Assembly: GCF_037042905.1 (NCBI RefSeq)
Contig: NC_087263.1
Location: forward strand, 8,680,001 to 8,744,000
DNA length: 64,000 nucleotides
Direction: 5' to 3'
Source: Lytechinus pictus
Taxonomy: Eukaryota
This document shows positions 1 to 10,947 of the stretch, piece by piece. A program made the position numbers and the translations under genes. Below the pieces are notes generated by a model. That model was given only the letters and a program-made list of their open reading frames with translations, was not told where the DNA came from and made no database searches. Position 1 is the first letter of the stretch. Every line of letters begins with the position of its first letter.

Positions 1-211
1 GCTAATTAATCAAGCAAAGGCCTAAGCTGTACATGATGTAAATTTATATAGCTTTATTTCTCAGAATTATTCATGGTTGTTATTATATTTGTTTATTCTT
101 TACATGTTAGATGAAAGGTAATTTTACTATGAAATACAAGATAAAACTTCAATGACAACAGTTCTGAGAAACAATCACTAAAGAGCAATGGCCAGAGCTG
201 TACAGATTAAT

Positions 212-730
212 TTAGGTGTAATTCAATTCAGACATTTGTAAACTATCAAGCATGGCGACGCGAACATCATGTAAAGCATTATTTGATGTCTTGGGCGCTC
301 CGGGTGTCGATTTGATTCCGTAGAACAGCAAGTTGAGTTTCCGCTCATGTATTTCAAGACTAGTAATTGCATCTGTTAGCTTGGTCTCTGACTCATGGGT
401 GTTTTCATCCATTTTAGGTAACACCACATTCTCCAAATGCGCGATTCGCGCCGTCGTATCCTTTGCAAATTTTTGTAAATCCGTGGTAGTTTTTCGCACA
501 GTTCCTAATTCTGCTCTCAAGTTAGAGATTCCGTCATTCATAATGTTAAATTTATCCATTATTTTATTCATTGACCCGTCAAAGTCGATACGTAGCTTAC
601 CAATGGACTCCTCTGTTGCATACTCACGACGGTCACTTTGTTCGTTGGTTTCATCGTCGGAAGAAGGCTTATTCCGCAAGGAATATGCCTTAGCATTAGT
701 TAATTTGGTGTTATTAGATACTTTGCTCAT
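212..730 (-). mobile_element. 5' part of an L1/Tx1-type LINE ORF1 (coiled coil plus start of the RRM), 3'-truncated
   Basis: 172-aa ORF: basic N-terminus, heptad-like segment (ISNLRAELGTVRK...IAHLE...ITSLE), then ERKLNLLFYGIK, which resembles the RxxNL..xGI motif that opens the ORF1p RRM. It stops shortly after and runs into AT-rich sequence. Confidence 0.7.
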
Positions 731-3416
731 GATTCTGTTGTAAAAGAGCGTTATTTGAAGAAGATGCAGACGGATTTTGTTGTGTATTTTCTAAGCTCCT
801 AAAATGTCGTGCTACATGCTCAGTGCGCCCTCTATATGTACGGTTCCCAGTCTTCCTCTTTTCTTTCATTTATTTTTTTTTCCCAAGAATTTTCCCCGTT
901 TCTTTCCGTCCCTCCTCCCTCCCTGGATCCTCGAATCTCCTCAAGAGAAATAAGTGCACGCTCGTTTGGTCTTTCCATACACTAAGTGAGATATATGGGA
1001 CTACGTACACATTGCGTCTCTCCAATATACAATGTGATCAACCTGCAGTCGTTGGGGGTATATGTCGCCATTTTCCCTTTATTCACCAGTAAATCTTAAT
1101 TCATTTTTGCATCAACCTAATGCGGACTAAAACGACTGTTATTTCCTCTCTGTAGCATTGAACGAATATATTGATAACATATAGGGATTCTTGACGTAGG
1201 GCGGTTGTGACGATATTCGGCAGGGGGTGGATGTGTGCGTGTATACTGGATTGTATCGACTTGAACAGCGTGCCCCCCCCCCTCCCCCCAAAAAAAATAA
1301 TAATAATAATGAAAATAAATAAATAAATAGATAAATAAATGAATGAATGAATGAAAAAACAAAATTCTAATAGCACTCTTAATATGATGTGAAAATTACC
1401 ATATCATATTGTACATAATTTTATAATCGTAAACTAGCATTTATTTTGTACAACTGGCTTAAATTTTATGCGATATGATCTATTAAATACAGAGATATAA
1501 GCCCTATTCAGTACTCGTCAGAGAAAACCTCTCAATTCAAGTATCGTGATAACGTTAAATAAAGTACGATAGGAACACGATAGGAGATTAGTTAAACGTA
1601 TGTAAATGCGACGATTGTCATAAACCGTATTTTCAAGTGTTGAAAATCCCATTAACACTACAAATCTAAATATATTCTGTTCTTTTTTATTAATCTAAGT
1701 TTATTTGATGATGGCTGTGATTATTAAATGTTGCTATAAAACACATCTTGTCATTAATGTCGAGATTCAGGTGCCATCCGCGTGTGTTTTATTTTGTATT
1801 TGGAATGTGATTATAAATTATATAAAGAACCATTTGATTGGATTTGAAATAAGTGCGAATGATTTGTTTTATTCTTTCTCTCTCTGACTCCTGATAAAAG
1901 AGCTGCAAATGCATGTGACATTTATCGTCCTGTTGTCAATGCTTGATTACTTTTATTTATATTCTAACTTCATTTTATTTCTCTGAATATTTTACGCTTT
2001 CACTGGCAAGTTCTTTTTTTTTTTTACCTTTTGTATTTTAATTCGCCTTTGACTTTTGTTCAAGTCTAATATGTCTCACTTTCTCTCTTTCTTCTCTCCC
2101 TCTCTCCCCCTCTCTCTGTCTCTCTCTCTCTCTCCCTTTCTCTCTCTTCCTTCCTCTGTTCCATTGTCTAGCCCTGCCTCTTCAAATTCATTTTACCAAC
2201 TTCAGACTTTTTTCTTTTCTTTTTACCATATCCATGATAACACATGTTGTACCAGTACACAATCATTATATCTTATCAATAATTAAAATGATAAATATAT
2301 TTTTTCTCAATAATATTTATATTTATTTTTATTTTCCTCCCAATTAAAAAAAGAAATAATGTATTAAACAGTTTTCAAGTTTCTGTCTTGTCCGCAGAGC
2401 GGAACGAGACGATAAGCGCCGCTTTTCTGACGGTGGCGTCGTCAACAGTGTTTCAGGTAACACTATCAAGGTCAAATGTTAATGAAATAGATGTTTGGAT
2501 ATAAACATTGGAATAATAAGGTTAAGATTTTTCGAAGTCATCACACCTAAGAAAAAAAAGGGGCCTTAAATAAACTTACAATATGAGTATCACTGATAAT
2601 CTTGTAATGCGTTTGAGGTCACATGATCGAGGTCTAAGGTCATTAAATGTCAACTAACTTTGACCATGTTATGGTGTCAATATGAAACACTCAACCAGGA
2701 ATGAGATCTTGAGCGTTAAACATCATTTTGCAAGTATAAGGCCCTATTCCATAAAGCTTCCATACAATTTTTATCAAAGAAAAATTAACTGTAGCAGTTC
2801 AGATGAAGCACCCCGCGTTACATGCGTGGATAATTCCATAATTTGGAAGATAGCACTGCGTGTTCAAGGGTTTTAAGGTCCTATACATACGTTACTTCCG
2901 GAGTTGATTATGACACTCAACGAGCAACTTCAATCGCAGACGTTCACACGGACTTTATTTTCAGATAGACGCTAAGTCCAATATGCTACATAATTGACTA
3001 ATGATGTCAGATAAAGAAGTGTAAGTTGAAGTTTATATTTGTCGTTAATTACTCGTTCGCACCGACTGTCGTGCGATCCGTTCCAAATTCCACGATTGTC
3101 TTTTCGTAGCCTAATGCGGACAAAAAAGTTGAACCGTTCAACATTATCATACGAGCAATACGATTATCACGACTGATCTCCTACGATCTGATCCGAACTA
3201 CTACGAGCATTCCACGATTAATACCACGATTTCAATCGTGACAGTGGGACCTAGGTATATACAATCATTTCCTTTTGATGATTTATCAAATATTGACTTA
3301 CGACTTATATAATAAATTGAAACATGAGACTATATGCACATTGATCTAACGAAATAAGCATATTATTATTCAACAAAGCGTGTTAGATATTGTTTTATGC
3401 AAATAATATGCAAATG

Positions 3417-3630
3417 ATAATAATAATATGCAACATTTATATAGCACCTTAGCACGGCTACCCTGATCGGATGCTCGAGCATTCAAGGAATTCCTTCCTA
3501 CCATTTACTGCACCTGGATGGAAAGTAGCAAAGCTAGATGATGGATGAAGGATGCGAGTCCTGCAGCGGGATTTGAACCCTGGACCCTGCGGTTCAAAGT
3601 CCAGAGAGTTATCCACTGAGCCACAACACC
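3417..3630 (-). mobile_element. tRNA-derived SINE
   Basis: Minus-strand head GGTGTTGTGGCTCAGTGG (A box)...GGTTCAAATCC (B box), central CCAGGTGCAGTAAATGG motif and (TTA)n-like tail. Confidence 0.8.
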
Positions 3631-3951
3631 TTTAACAGCTTACATTATATTTACACAAAATTAAACTAAACCCCTTTTTCGATGACCCCCCCCCCCCCCC
3701 CCCCCCGAGTCTGAAGCCGTGACCCTAAATGCTACATTTATACCAGCGAAAACGATGACCTATTACAGCTTTTACGTGATTTTAAATAACAAATTGTCGG
3801 TCGGGATGGAGTTTCTTTCGTTGGTGTGGCTGCATCTGTTCATTTCCTGAGGGTATATGCATGACTGAAGATGTTTAATCGCTATGAACGACCCTTCTCT
3901 TTCCTCGGGATAATTCTCCTCTCGATCAAGTCGAGTGTTTTCAACAATGAC

Positions 3952-4132
3952 CTGGTGGGTGTTTCATAAAGCTGTTCGTAAGTTGAGAGGGACTTTAGGA
4001 ACGAATGGTGATCCTTTCTTGTGGTAAATGGTATAATCAAAATCGGCGATGGTTTAGGGCCTGAGAAAGGTTCACCAGTCGTTATTAAAACTCACTCTTA
4101 GCCTACGAACAACTTTATGAAACGCCCCCCAG
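3952..4132. mobile_element. MITE, PIF/Harbinger-like (CWG flanks)
   Basis: TIRs gggtgtttcataaagctgttcgta / tacgaacaactttatgaaacgccc; flanked by CTG and CAG. Confidence 0.7.
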
Positions 4133-5048
4133 GCATAATCGATAAGTGTGCTCCTTATTAAACCTATAGTAGGTTCACCTGTCGACTATAATTCCGTGCA
4201 TGTAATCATCAAAAACTTTGCACAGTGACCAAATTCCACTAAGCGAAGGATTAGTATAGCTTGAAATAAGCAGTCGATTTGACATTGGTCCTTGCAGAAT
4301 TAAATGATAACTTTTCCAGCTATTGTGATGTAACGATCCGATTCATAAATTATGTTGATGGGACATGCGTTGTTTGGCCGAAAGCTGTATGTGTGCTATG
4401 CCATATTAAAATCGACTTTTTCAAAATTATCGTTGACAAGAAGAAGAGAGATATGTATATACTTGGCAATTTCAAAGTACCGTAATGGCACTGGTATTCA
4501 ACCCGTTTGGAGAACTTCCTCAAATATATAGAAATATGGAATTTACCTTAATTTCGGACCTGTCTTATTTCCAAGAGCAAATGCTGGTTATTCTTTTGCG
4601 TTATTTTTTTCTTCAACCCGACGACTGTGTGCGCGTGCGATCAAATTATACGGCGATTGATTTTTGCACTAGTATTCAACCCGTTGGCACTAGTATTCAA
4701 CCTAGCGATGAAATATGGCCCTGTCTCTCAATCTGCTCTTGTCCCATCCGACTATGGACTAGACCATTTGAGATGAGACCAAACAGGGATTAGTCAAAGC
4801 CAGAGACTTACATAGATCTAGATCTAGTTTAGCAATCTAAACCATTTTGAGATTCGCTATTTATCATCACTAGGTTGAATACTAGTGCAATTCAGTGCAA
4901 AAGGTCATCGCCGCATAATTCGATCCTCCGCGCATACAGTCGACAGATTGATAAAGAAAATACCGACAACAGATTACCCTGGAAATAACAAAGTGTATGT
5001 TAAGGTGTAGCTGCCTGCTTACATTTATATATATAATATATATATATA

Positions 5049-5200
5049 ATGATCACAAAAGGTTTAGTAAATGCCGTGGAAATAAAATCGTAGATTTTAA
5101 AAGGAACATAGCTCTCAAAAATGAAAGGTAAAGTCACACTCTTCGTCAGTGCCCATGATGTGACAAAAAAAAGAGAATTCAAAATCCGTTTCTGAAACAG
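5049..5200 (-). mobile_element. Decayed Penelope-like terminal remnant with a degenerate hammerhead
   Basis: Abuts (TA)n at ~5026-5048. Minus strand 5107-5152 reads caCTGACGA-AGAG...TTTT-GAGAGCTA-tg (GAGA in place of GAAA). Confidence 0.4.
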
Positions 5201-5345
5201 TCGTGAAAAACACGTCTGTTCATGGGCATACGGCTTGTGAAACTCACCTTTCAAAGAAATCAATGCACTGGAGATGGAGGAAGCGCACTGATAATTATAA
5301 TGATATAAATACTAATATATTATACAAGTAATGAATGTTTATGAG

Positions 5346-5463
5346 TGCAATGGACAGAATACTTCATGAGGTGAAAGATGAAATGATCCATTCAACGAGG
5401 CGTATCCGAGTTGAATGAATCATTATTTCATCTATCACCGAACGAAGTATTCTGTCCATTGCA
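5346..5463. repeat. Palindromic hairpin element (non-autonomous DNA element, family uncertain)
   Basis: Arms tgcaatggacagaatacttc...ttcaac and gttgaa...gaagtattctgtccattgca around the core gaggcgtatccga. Confidence 0.7.
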
Positions 5464-5904
5464 AGAATGAAAAAACATTCATTATTTGGTTTATATGACA
5501 CCTAGGAATTGATTTTTTTTTCATATGAAATTCATGAATTTCGATGCAAACACGCTCATGCAGTGCGAGTTCGGTCTGTTGATTATTACGTCATTACAAC
5601 ATGCGCACTGCTGGTGCCTGCAGCTGCAGCTGCAGGTGCGCGAGTGCAATGGAGTGCAATGGACAAAATCATATGGATCCTAAATTGCACGGTCGATGAC
5701 GTCATTGCAAAATGGGCTGAATGAACGATATCAAACAACCAATCAAATCACAAGGATGTATCTAGGTGTCATATAAATGTATATATATATATATATATAT
5801 ATATATTGTAAAGAAATGGATGAAGAGAACAAAGGTAGGCGTAGCTTAAATCAAGGTTCCCCAGAGCTATCTACCCTTTGGAAAATTTGGTGATGCCGAA
5901 AAAA

Positions 5905-5976
5905 TGCCTCTGCCGGGAATCGAACCCGGGCCCCCAGCTTTGAACGCCGGTGCCTTAACCACTAGACCACAGAGAC
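5905..5976 (-). tRNA. tRNA-like gene, anticodon UCA (copy 1)
   Basis: Reverse complement of 7418-7489; full cloverleaf followed by T6. Confidence 0.8.
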
Positions 5977-6312
5977 GGGTTAGTGGCTAGGGCGACCCCG
6001 ATCCGATTGACCGTCAGATAGACAGATTTTCGACACCATACCAATTATAATTTCCTTTGTCGGGTGAAGGTGGGTTTTGAACAATGACAAGCCGCCATGC
6101 CTCAGCTGGATCAAATCTATTGCTTCGATACAGTACACGTATGGGAGAAGACATACAAATGTGTAAAGTGATACATGTACAACAGCTTTTGGCAACTCTT
6201 TTTTATTTAAATATTGTAAAGAAATGGATGAAGAGAACAAAGGTAGGCGTAGCTTAAATCAAGGTTCCCCAGAGCTATTTACCCTTTGGAAAAATTGGTG
6301 ATGCCGAAAAAA

Positions 6313-6384
6313 TGCCTCTGCCGGGAATCGAACCCGGGCCCCCAGCTTTGAACGCCGGTGCCTTAACCACTAGACCACAGAGAC
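6313..6384 (-). tRNA. tRNA-like gene, anticodon UCA (copy 2)
   Basis: Reverse complement of 7010-7081; full cloverleaf followed by T6. Confidence 0.8.
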
Positions 6385-7009
6385 GGGTTAGTGGCTAGGG
6401 CGACCCCGATCCGATTGACCGTCAGATAGACAGATTTTCGACACCATACCAATTATAATTTCCTTTGTCGGGTGAAGGTGGGTTTTGAACAATGACAAGC
6501 CGCCATGCCTCAGCTGGATCAAAGCTATTGCTTCGATACAGTACACGTATGGGAGAAGACATACAAATGTGTAAAGTGATACATGTACAACAGCTTTTGG
6601 CAACTCTTTTTTATTTAAATATTGTAAAGAAATGGATGAAGAGAACAAAGGTAGGCGTAGCTTAAATCAAGGTTCCCCAGAGCATCACCAATTTTTCCAA
6701 AGGGTAGATAGCTCTGGGGAACCTTGATTTAAGCTACGCCTACCTTTGTTCTCTTCATCCATTTCTTTACAATATTTAAATAAAAAAGAGTTGCCAAAAG
6801 CTGTTGTACATGTATCACTTTACACATTTGTATGTCTTCTCCCATACGTGTACTGTATCGAAGCAATAGCTTTGATCCAGCTGAGGCATGGCGGCTTGTC
6901 ATTGTTCAAAACCCACCTTCACCCGACAAAGGAAATTATAATTGGTATGGTGTCGAAAATTTGTCTATCTGACGGTCAATCGGATCGGGGTCGCCCTAGC
7001 CACTAACCC

Positions 7010-7081
7010 GTCTCTGTGGTCTAGTGGTTAAGGCACCGGCGTTCAAAGCTGGGGGCCCGGGTTCGATTCCCGGCAGAGGCA
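7010..7081 (+). tRNA. tRNA-like gene, anticodon UCA (copy 3)
   Basis: GTCTCTG TG GTCT-AGTGGTTA-AGGC A CCGGC-GT TCA AA-GCTGG GGGC CCGGG-TTCGATT-CCCGG CAGAGGC A. All four stems pair, A and B boxes are canonical, anticodon at 7043-7045, T6 at 7082-7087. Confidence 0.8.
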
Positions 7082-7087
7082 TTTTTT
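7082..7087 (+). terminator. Pol III terminator (T6) after the tRNA-like gene; present in all four copies
   Basis: TTTTTT directly after the discriminator base. Confidence 0.7.
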
Positions 7088-7417
7088 CGGCATCACCAAT
7101 TTTTCCAAAGGGTAAATAGCTCTGGGGAACCTTGATTTAAGCTACGCCTACCTTTGTTCTCTTCATCCATTTCTTTACAATATTTAAATAAAAAAGAGTT
7201 GCCAAAAGCTGTTGTACATGTATCACTTTACACATTTGTATGTCTTCTCCCATACGTGTACTGTATCGAAGCAATAGCTTTGATCCAGCTGAGGCATGGC
7301 GGCTTGTCATTGTTCAAAACCCACCTTCACCCGACAAAGGAAATTATAATTGGTATGGTGTCGAAAATCTGTCTATCTGACGGTCAATCGGATCGGGGTC
7401 GCCCTAGCCACTAACCC

Positions 7418-7489
7418 GTCTCTGTGGTCTAGTGGTTAAGGCACCGGCGTTCAAAGCTGGGGGCCCGGGTTCGATTCCCGGCAGAGGCA
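7418..7489 (+). tRNA. tRNA-like gene, anticodon UCA (copy 4)
   Basis: Identical to 7010-7081, 408 bp downstream, followed by T6. Confidence 0.8.
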
Positions 7490-8172
7490 TTTTTTCGGCA
7501 TTACCAATTTTTCCAAAGGGTAGATAGCTCTGGGGAACCTTGATTTAAGCTACGCCTACCTTTGTTCTCTTCATCCATTTCTTTACAATATTTAAATAAA
7601 AAAGAGTTGCCAAAAGCTGTTGTACATGTATCACTTTACACATTTATATATATATATATATATATAGGTAGGTAGTATAAATTTATTTATAAATGTATAA
7701 ATATATAAAAAAAAATATAATAATTATTATAACTATTATAATTATCATTTATATTTATAATTATCACCCGTATCAGACATCTGAGCTGGTCATTTACAAA
7801 ACCGTATTTTCCTGTATTTTATTATTATCAGGAAGGGATAGGTATATTGTTTGTATTTTCCTCGGTCTCAATGCGCGTATTGACTTTGCATGCCGAGACG
7901 ACGCAAAATATACCTTTTTTTATTTTCCCTGGTCTCACATCCGGGCCTTTGAGGATGCGAATGAAGTGATACGCTTCATAATGTTCCGCGCACCAACGAT
8001 CTACGTCATAATAAAGACAACGCTGGATCTGGGCGCTTGCAAGTACGTCATAATGGTAAAGTGCAGAGCCTATAGACACTGATATTATCATGACGCAACA
8101 GAACTCTATTCTTAAAAGATATCACTGTTATAATGATTTTTGCTCTAGATATCTGATTTGGATGATAATAAA

Positions 8173-8312
8173 AATATTGACTGCCCTTCTTTCGGGGAAC
8201 ATCAAATATATTGCCCTTGAAAGACCCATATTGCCCTCGTCTAAAGACTCGGGCCAATATGATTCTTTTGCTGGCAATATATTTGATGTTCCCCTCAAGA
8301 CCAGTCAATATT
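8173..8312. repeat. Palindromic hairpin element
   Basis: Arms aatattgactg...ggggaacatcaaatatattgcc and ggcaatatatttgatgttcccc...cagtcaatatt around the core gccctcgtctaaagactcgggc. Confidence 0.75.
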
Positions 8313-8885
8313 ATATAAACATATCCAATAAATGTATACAAATATATGTATAAATATTTTCCCCATCATTTATGATGCAAGGATGCATGAGGACATGATG
8401 TCAGTTGACGAATGTAATCAAAAGAATGATTGTAAAACCATTCGTAAAAGGATAAAGGTGAACTCGTTCGAAATTGAAATTAAAATAATAAAGCCACCCC
8501 ATGCTGCTTTCCTTATCGATGACCAAGGTTGTTTATAACTCTTTTAAGTCAACGTAACTCTATAGCACTAGAAATCAATGGAGATAGTATCAACAACGAA
8601 TTTGATCTCTTCATCCAATGGATTAAGCACTTAATCGCCAGATCATCCCCTCCAGAAGTAGTGAAAGTGGCACTTTAACTTGAGTTTGATTGTGTTATCT
8701 GGCCCAGATAATCCTGTATCGGTAGTCTGCATCGTACTAATGGGAATTGAAGCGTCATATATTTTCACACCCCCACATTGTCTTCAGGGAAAATAAATAC
8801 AAGGGCATTGTCCTTTCTCAGACTTGTTTATTTTCCCTGGCCGTCATTTAAAGTGTGTCTGCGTTTTGATTGTTATTCTCTTTAA

Positions 8886-9489
8886 AGGACAAGTCCACCC
8901 CAACAAAAAATTGATTTGAAAAAAAGGAGAAAAATCCAACAAGCAAAAAACTGAAAATTTCATCAAAATCGGATGTAAAATAAGAAAGTTATGACATTTT
9001 TAAGTTTCGCTTAATTTCACAAAACAGTTATATGCAAATCCTGGTCGGTGTGCAAATTGGCAGACTGATGACGTCACCCACTCACTATATCTTTTGTATT
9101 TTATTACATGAAATATGAAATATTCTAATTTTCTCCTAATTGTCAAGTGAAACAAAGTTTTATTTCTCACTGAACATGTGCAATTACCATTATTTTAACA
9201 GTATATTGTTAAGTTAAGTTGGTCCTTATTGTCAAATCTGTAAAAATTGAAATATTTTATTATTCAAACAATAAAAAACAAAAGAAATAGTGAGTGATGG
9301 ACATCATCGACTCTTTCATTTGCATATCGCTGAGTTGCACATTGAACTATTTTGTGAAAAATAAGCGAAACTTAAAAATGTCATAACTTTCTTATTTTAC
9401 CTCCGATTTCGATGAAACTTGTAGCGTTATGTTTGTTTGATTTTTCTCTATCGATTCAAATCAACAATTTTCTGGGGTGGACTTGACCT
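8886..9489. mobile_element. Non-autonomous TIR element, Kolobok-like (TTAA TSD, AG termini)
   Basis: TTAA|aggacaagtccacccc ... ggggtggacttgacct|TTAA, with long imperfect inner inverted repeats (~8954-9012 vs ~9363-9420). Confidence 0.8.
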
Positions 9490-9649
9490 TTAAACCCTCC
9501 AGTCTTTCCTTTTCATTTTTGGTGATGGGTGAAAACTCTGGCTCTGTTTCTGTGTCTTTATTTATCCAGTGGATCGACTGCCTTGTCACGTCTGTCTTTG
9601 CGTCTATAAGTCTCTCATTTTCTCTCTGTTTTTCAAATATATATATATG

Positions 9650-9683
<34 letters not shown>

Positions 9684-9735
9684 TATAGGCGAAAAAATGA
9701 CAAGACGATTTGACGTTGCTGTAGACCACAATTTA

Positions 9736-9770
9736 ATCCGAGCTTTCGGCCTTAGGCTTTCTTCATGGGT
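9736..9770 (-). ncRNA. Minimal hammerhead ribozyme motif (variant core)
   Basis: Minus strand: ccc ATGAAGA AAGCC-TAA-GGCC GAAA GCTC gg. Confidence 0.55.
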
Positions 9771-10585
9771 TCTATTTTAACAAAAAACGAACGAAACATA
9801 TCAATTGTATAGAGGGAGGAACAGGTGGAAATATGGGCATATACATGTACATATATAATAACTGATAATAACATATGTAACAATGACGTCGTACGTATAC
9901 AATATATGCACATACATATACAAATACATACATGCACATACGCATATATATCTATATACATAAATACACTTATACATATATATACATACATATGTACATA
10001 TACACAAACATACACATATGATGTACAAACATGACAAATATATACAAATAAATATATATGTATCTAATGTGGGGTAATTTTACCTGGGTCTTTGGGGTCT
10101 TTCGGGCTGACTCGGAGGTGTGCAGTGTCGTGTGTTCGGTTTCTGGTGTGATATAGAATTCGCGTGACTTAAGTTCATTCAAGTGAAACGGAAAAGGTAT
10201 ATGGTCGAGGTGGAATATAGGTCATTAAACAGTACATTGTTATCACGCCGGTAAATTCGAGAGGTTACATTAGAAAAACTAATTATAATTTATACAAGTA
10301 AATGACCAGTACATTAATTGAAATATATATGTTCACAAAAATATATATCGATGATAACAATGTCTTGTCATTATCGTATACCAAATAGGTTTGATGCGAA
10401 TCAAAGTATAACTTAGTATCGTAAAGAGTATAAGTCGTAAATATAAGTCGTAAATTGTATACGTACGACGTCATTGTTACATATGTTATTATCAGTTATT
10501 ATATATGTACATGTATATGCCCATATTTCCACCTGTTCCTCCCTCTATACTATTGATATGTTTCGTTCGTTTTTGTTAAAATAGA

Positions 10586-10620
10586 ACCCATGAAGAAGGC
10601 CTAAGGCCGAAATCTCGGAT
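10586..10620 (+). ncRNA. Minimal hammerhead ribozyme motif (variant core)
   Basis: ccc ATGAAGA A GGCC-TAA-GGCC GAAA TCTC gg; the first core base is A rather than C. Confidence 0.5.
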
Positions 10621-10723
10621 TAAATTGTGGTCTAGAGCAACGTCAAATCGTCTTGCCATTTTTTTCGCCTAAGTATTTGGTACAAGGCACAGTAGTCATG
10701 TTAAAGAGTGGATGCCTGTTTAC

Positions 10724-10761
<38 letters not shown>

Positions 10762-10809
10762 GAGATCAAGTGTATGGAGAGGGCCGTAGCAAGGTCAATA
10801 CCTGTCTTC

Positions 10810-10843
10810 ATCAAGCTTTCGGGCACATGCCCTTCATCAGGAT
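10810..10843 (-). ncRNA. Minimal type I hammerhead ribozyme motif
   Basis: Reverse complement of 10948-10981. Confidence 0.7.
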
Positions 10844-10947
10844 CGTAGGGTCCGTAAGTATAGTGTGTTGTTTATAGTAAAGTTAAGTGTGAAGTACTTC
10901 ACACTTAACTTTACTATAAACAACACACTATACTTACGGACCCTACG

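Larger units (their letters stand above)
5803..7645. mobile_element. Fold-back multimer of a 408-bp tRNA-containing unit inserted in (TA)n
   Basis: Unit period is 408 bp (5803, 6211, 6619). Arms 5803-6683 and 6711-7591 are an 881-bp inverted repeat with a 27-bp spacer and a 54-bp one-sided extension (7592-7645). (TA)n lies on both sides. Confidence 0.9.
9687..10727. mobile_element. Penelope-like element remnant A: inverted terminal segments in (TA)n
   Basis: ~217-bp inverted repeat (9687-9903 / 10454-10671), ~56-bp one-sided tail, (TA)n on both sides, hammerhead-like core in each arm. Confidence 0.75.

Noticed and set aside
333-743. 136-aa plus-strand ORF
   Set aside because: Antisense shadow of the LINE ORF1.
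7010-7081. tRNA-Sec, or a nuclear copy of mitochondrial tRNA-Trp(UCA)
   Set aside because: No long variable arm or extended acceptor stem, so not Sec. Canonical Pol III boxes, a T6 terminator and non-mitochondrial flanks argue against a NUMT.
5980-7414. Four copies of an 86-aa ORF (MFSSSISLQY...)
   Set aside because: Starts at TTG, has no recognisable domain, and is a by-product of the 408-bp repeat.
9970-10270. GIY-YIG endonuclease tail of the PLE between the inverted arms
   Set aside because: Only a weak PFHLN resemblance, with an in-frame stop just upstream; not supportable.
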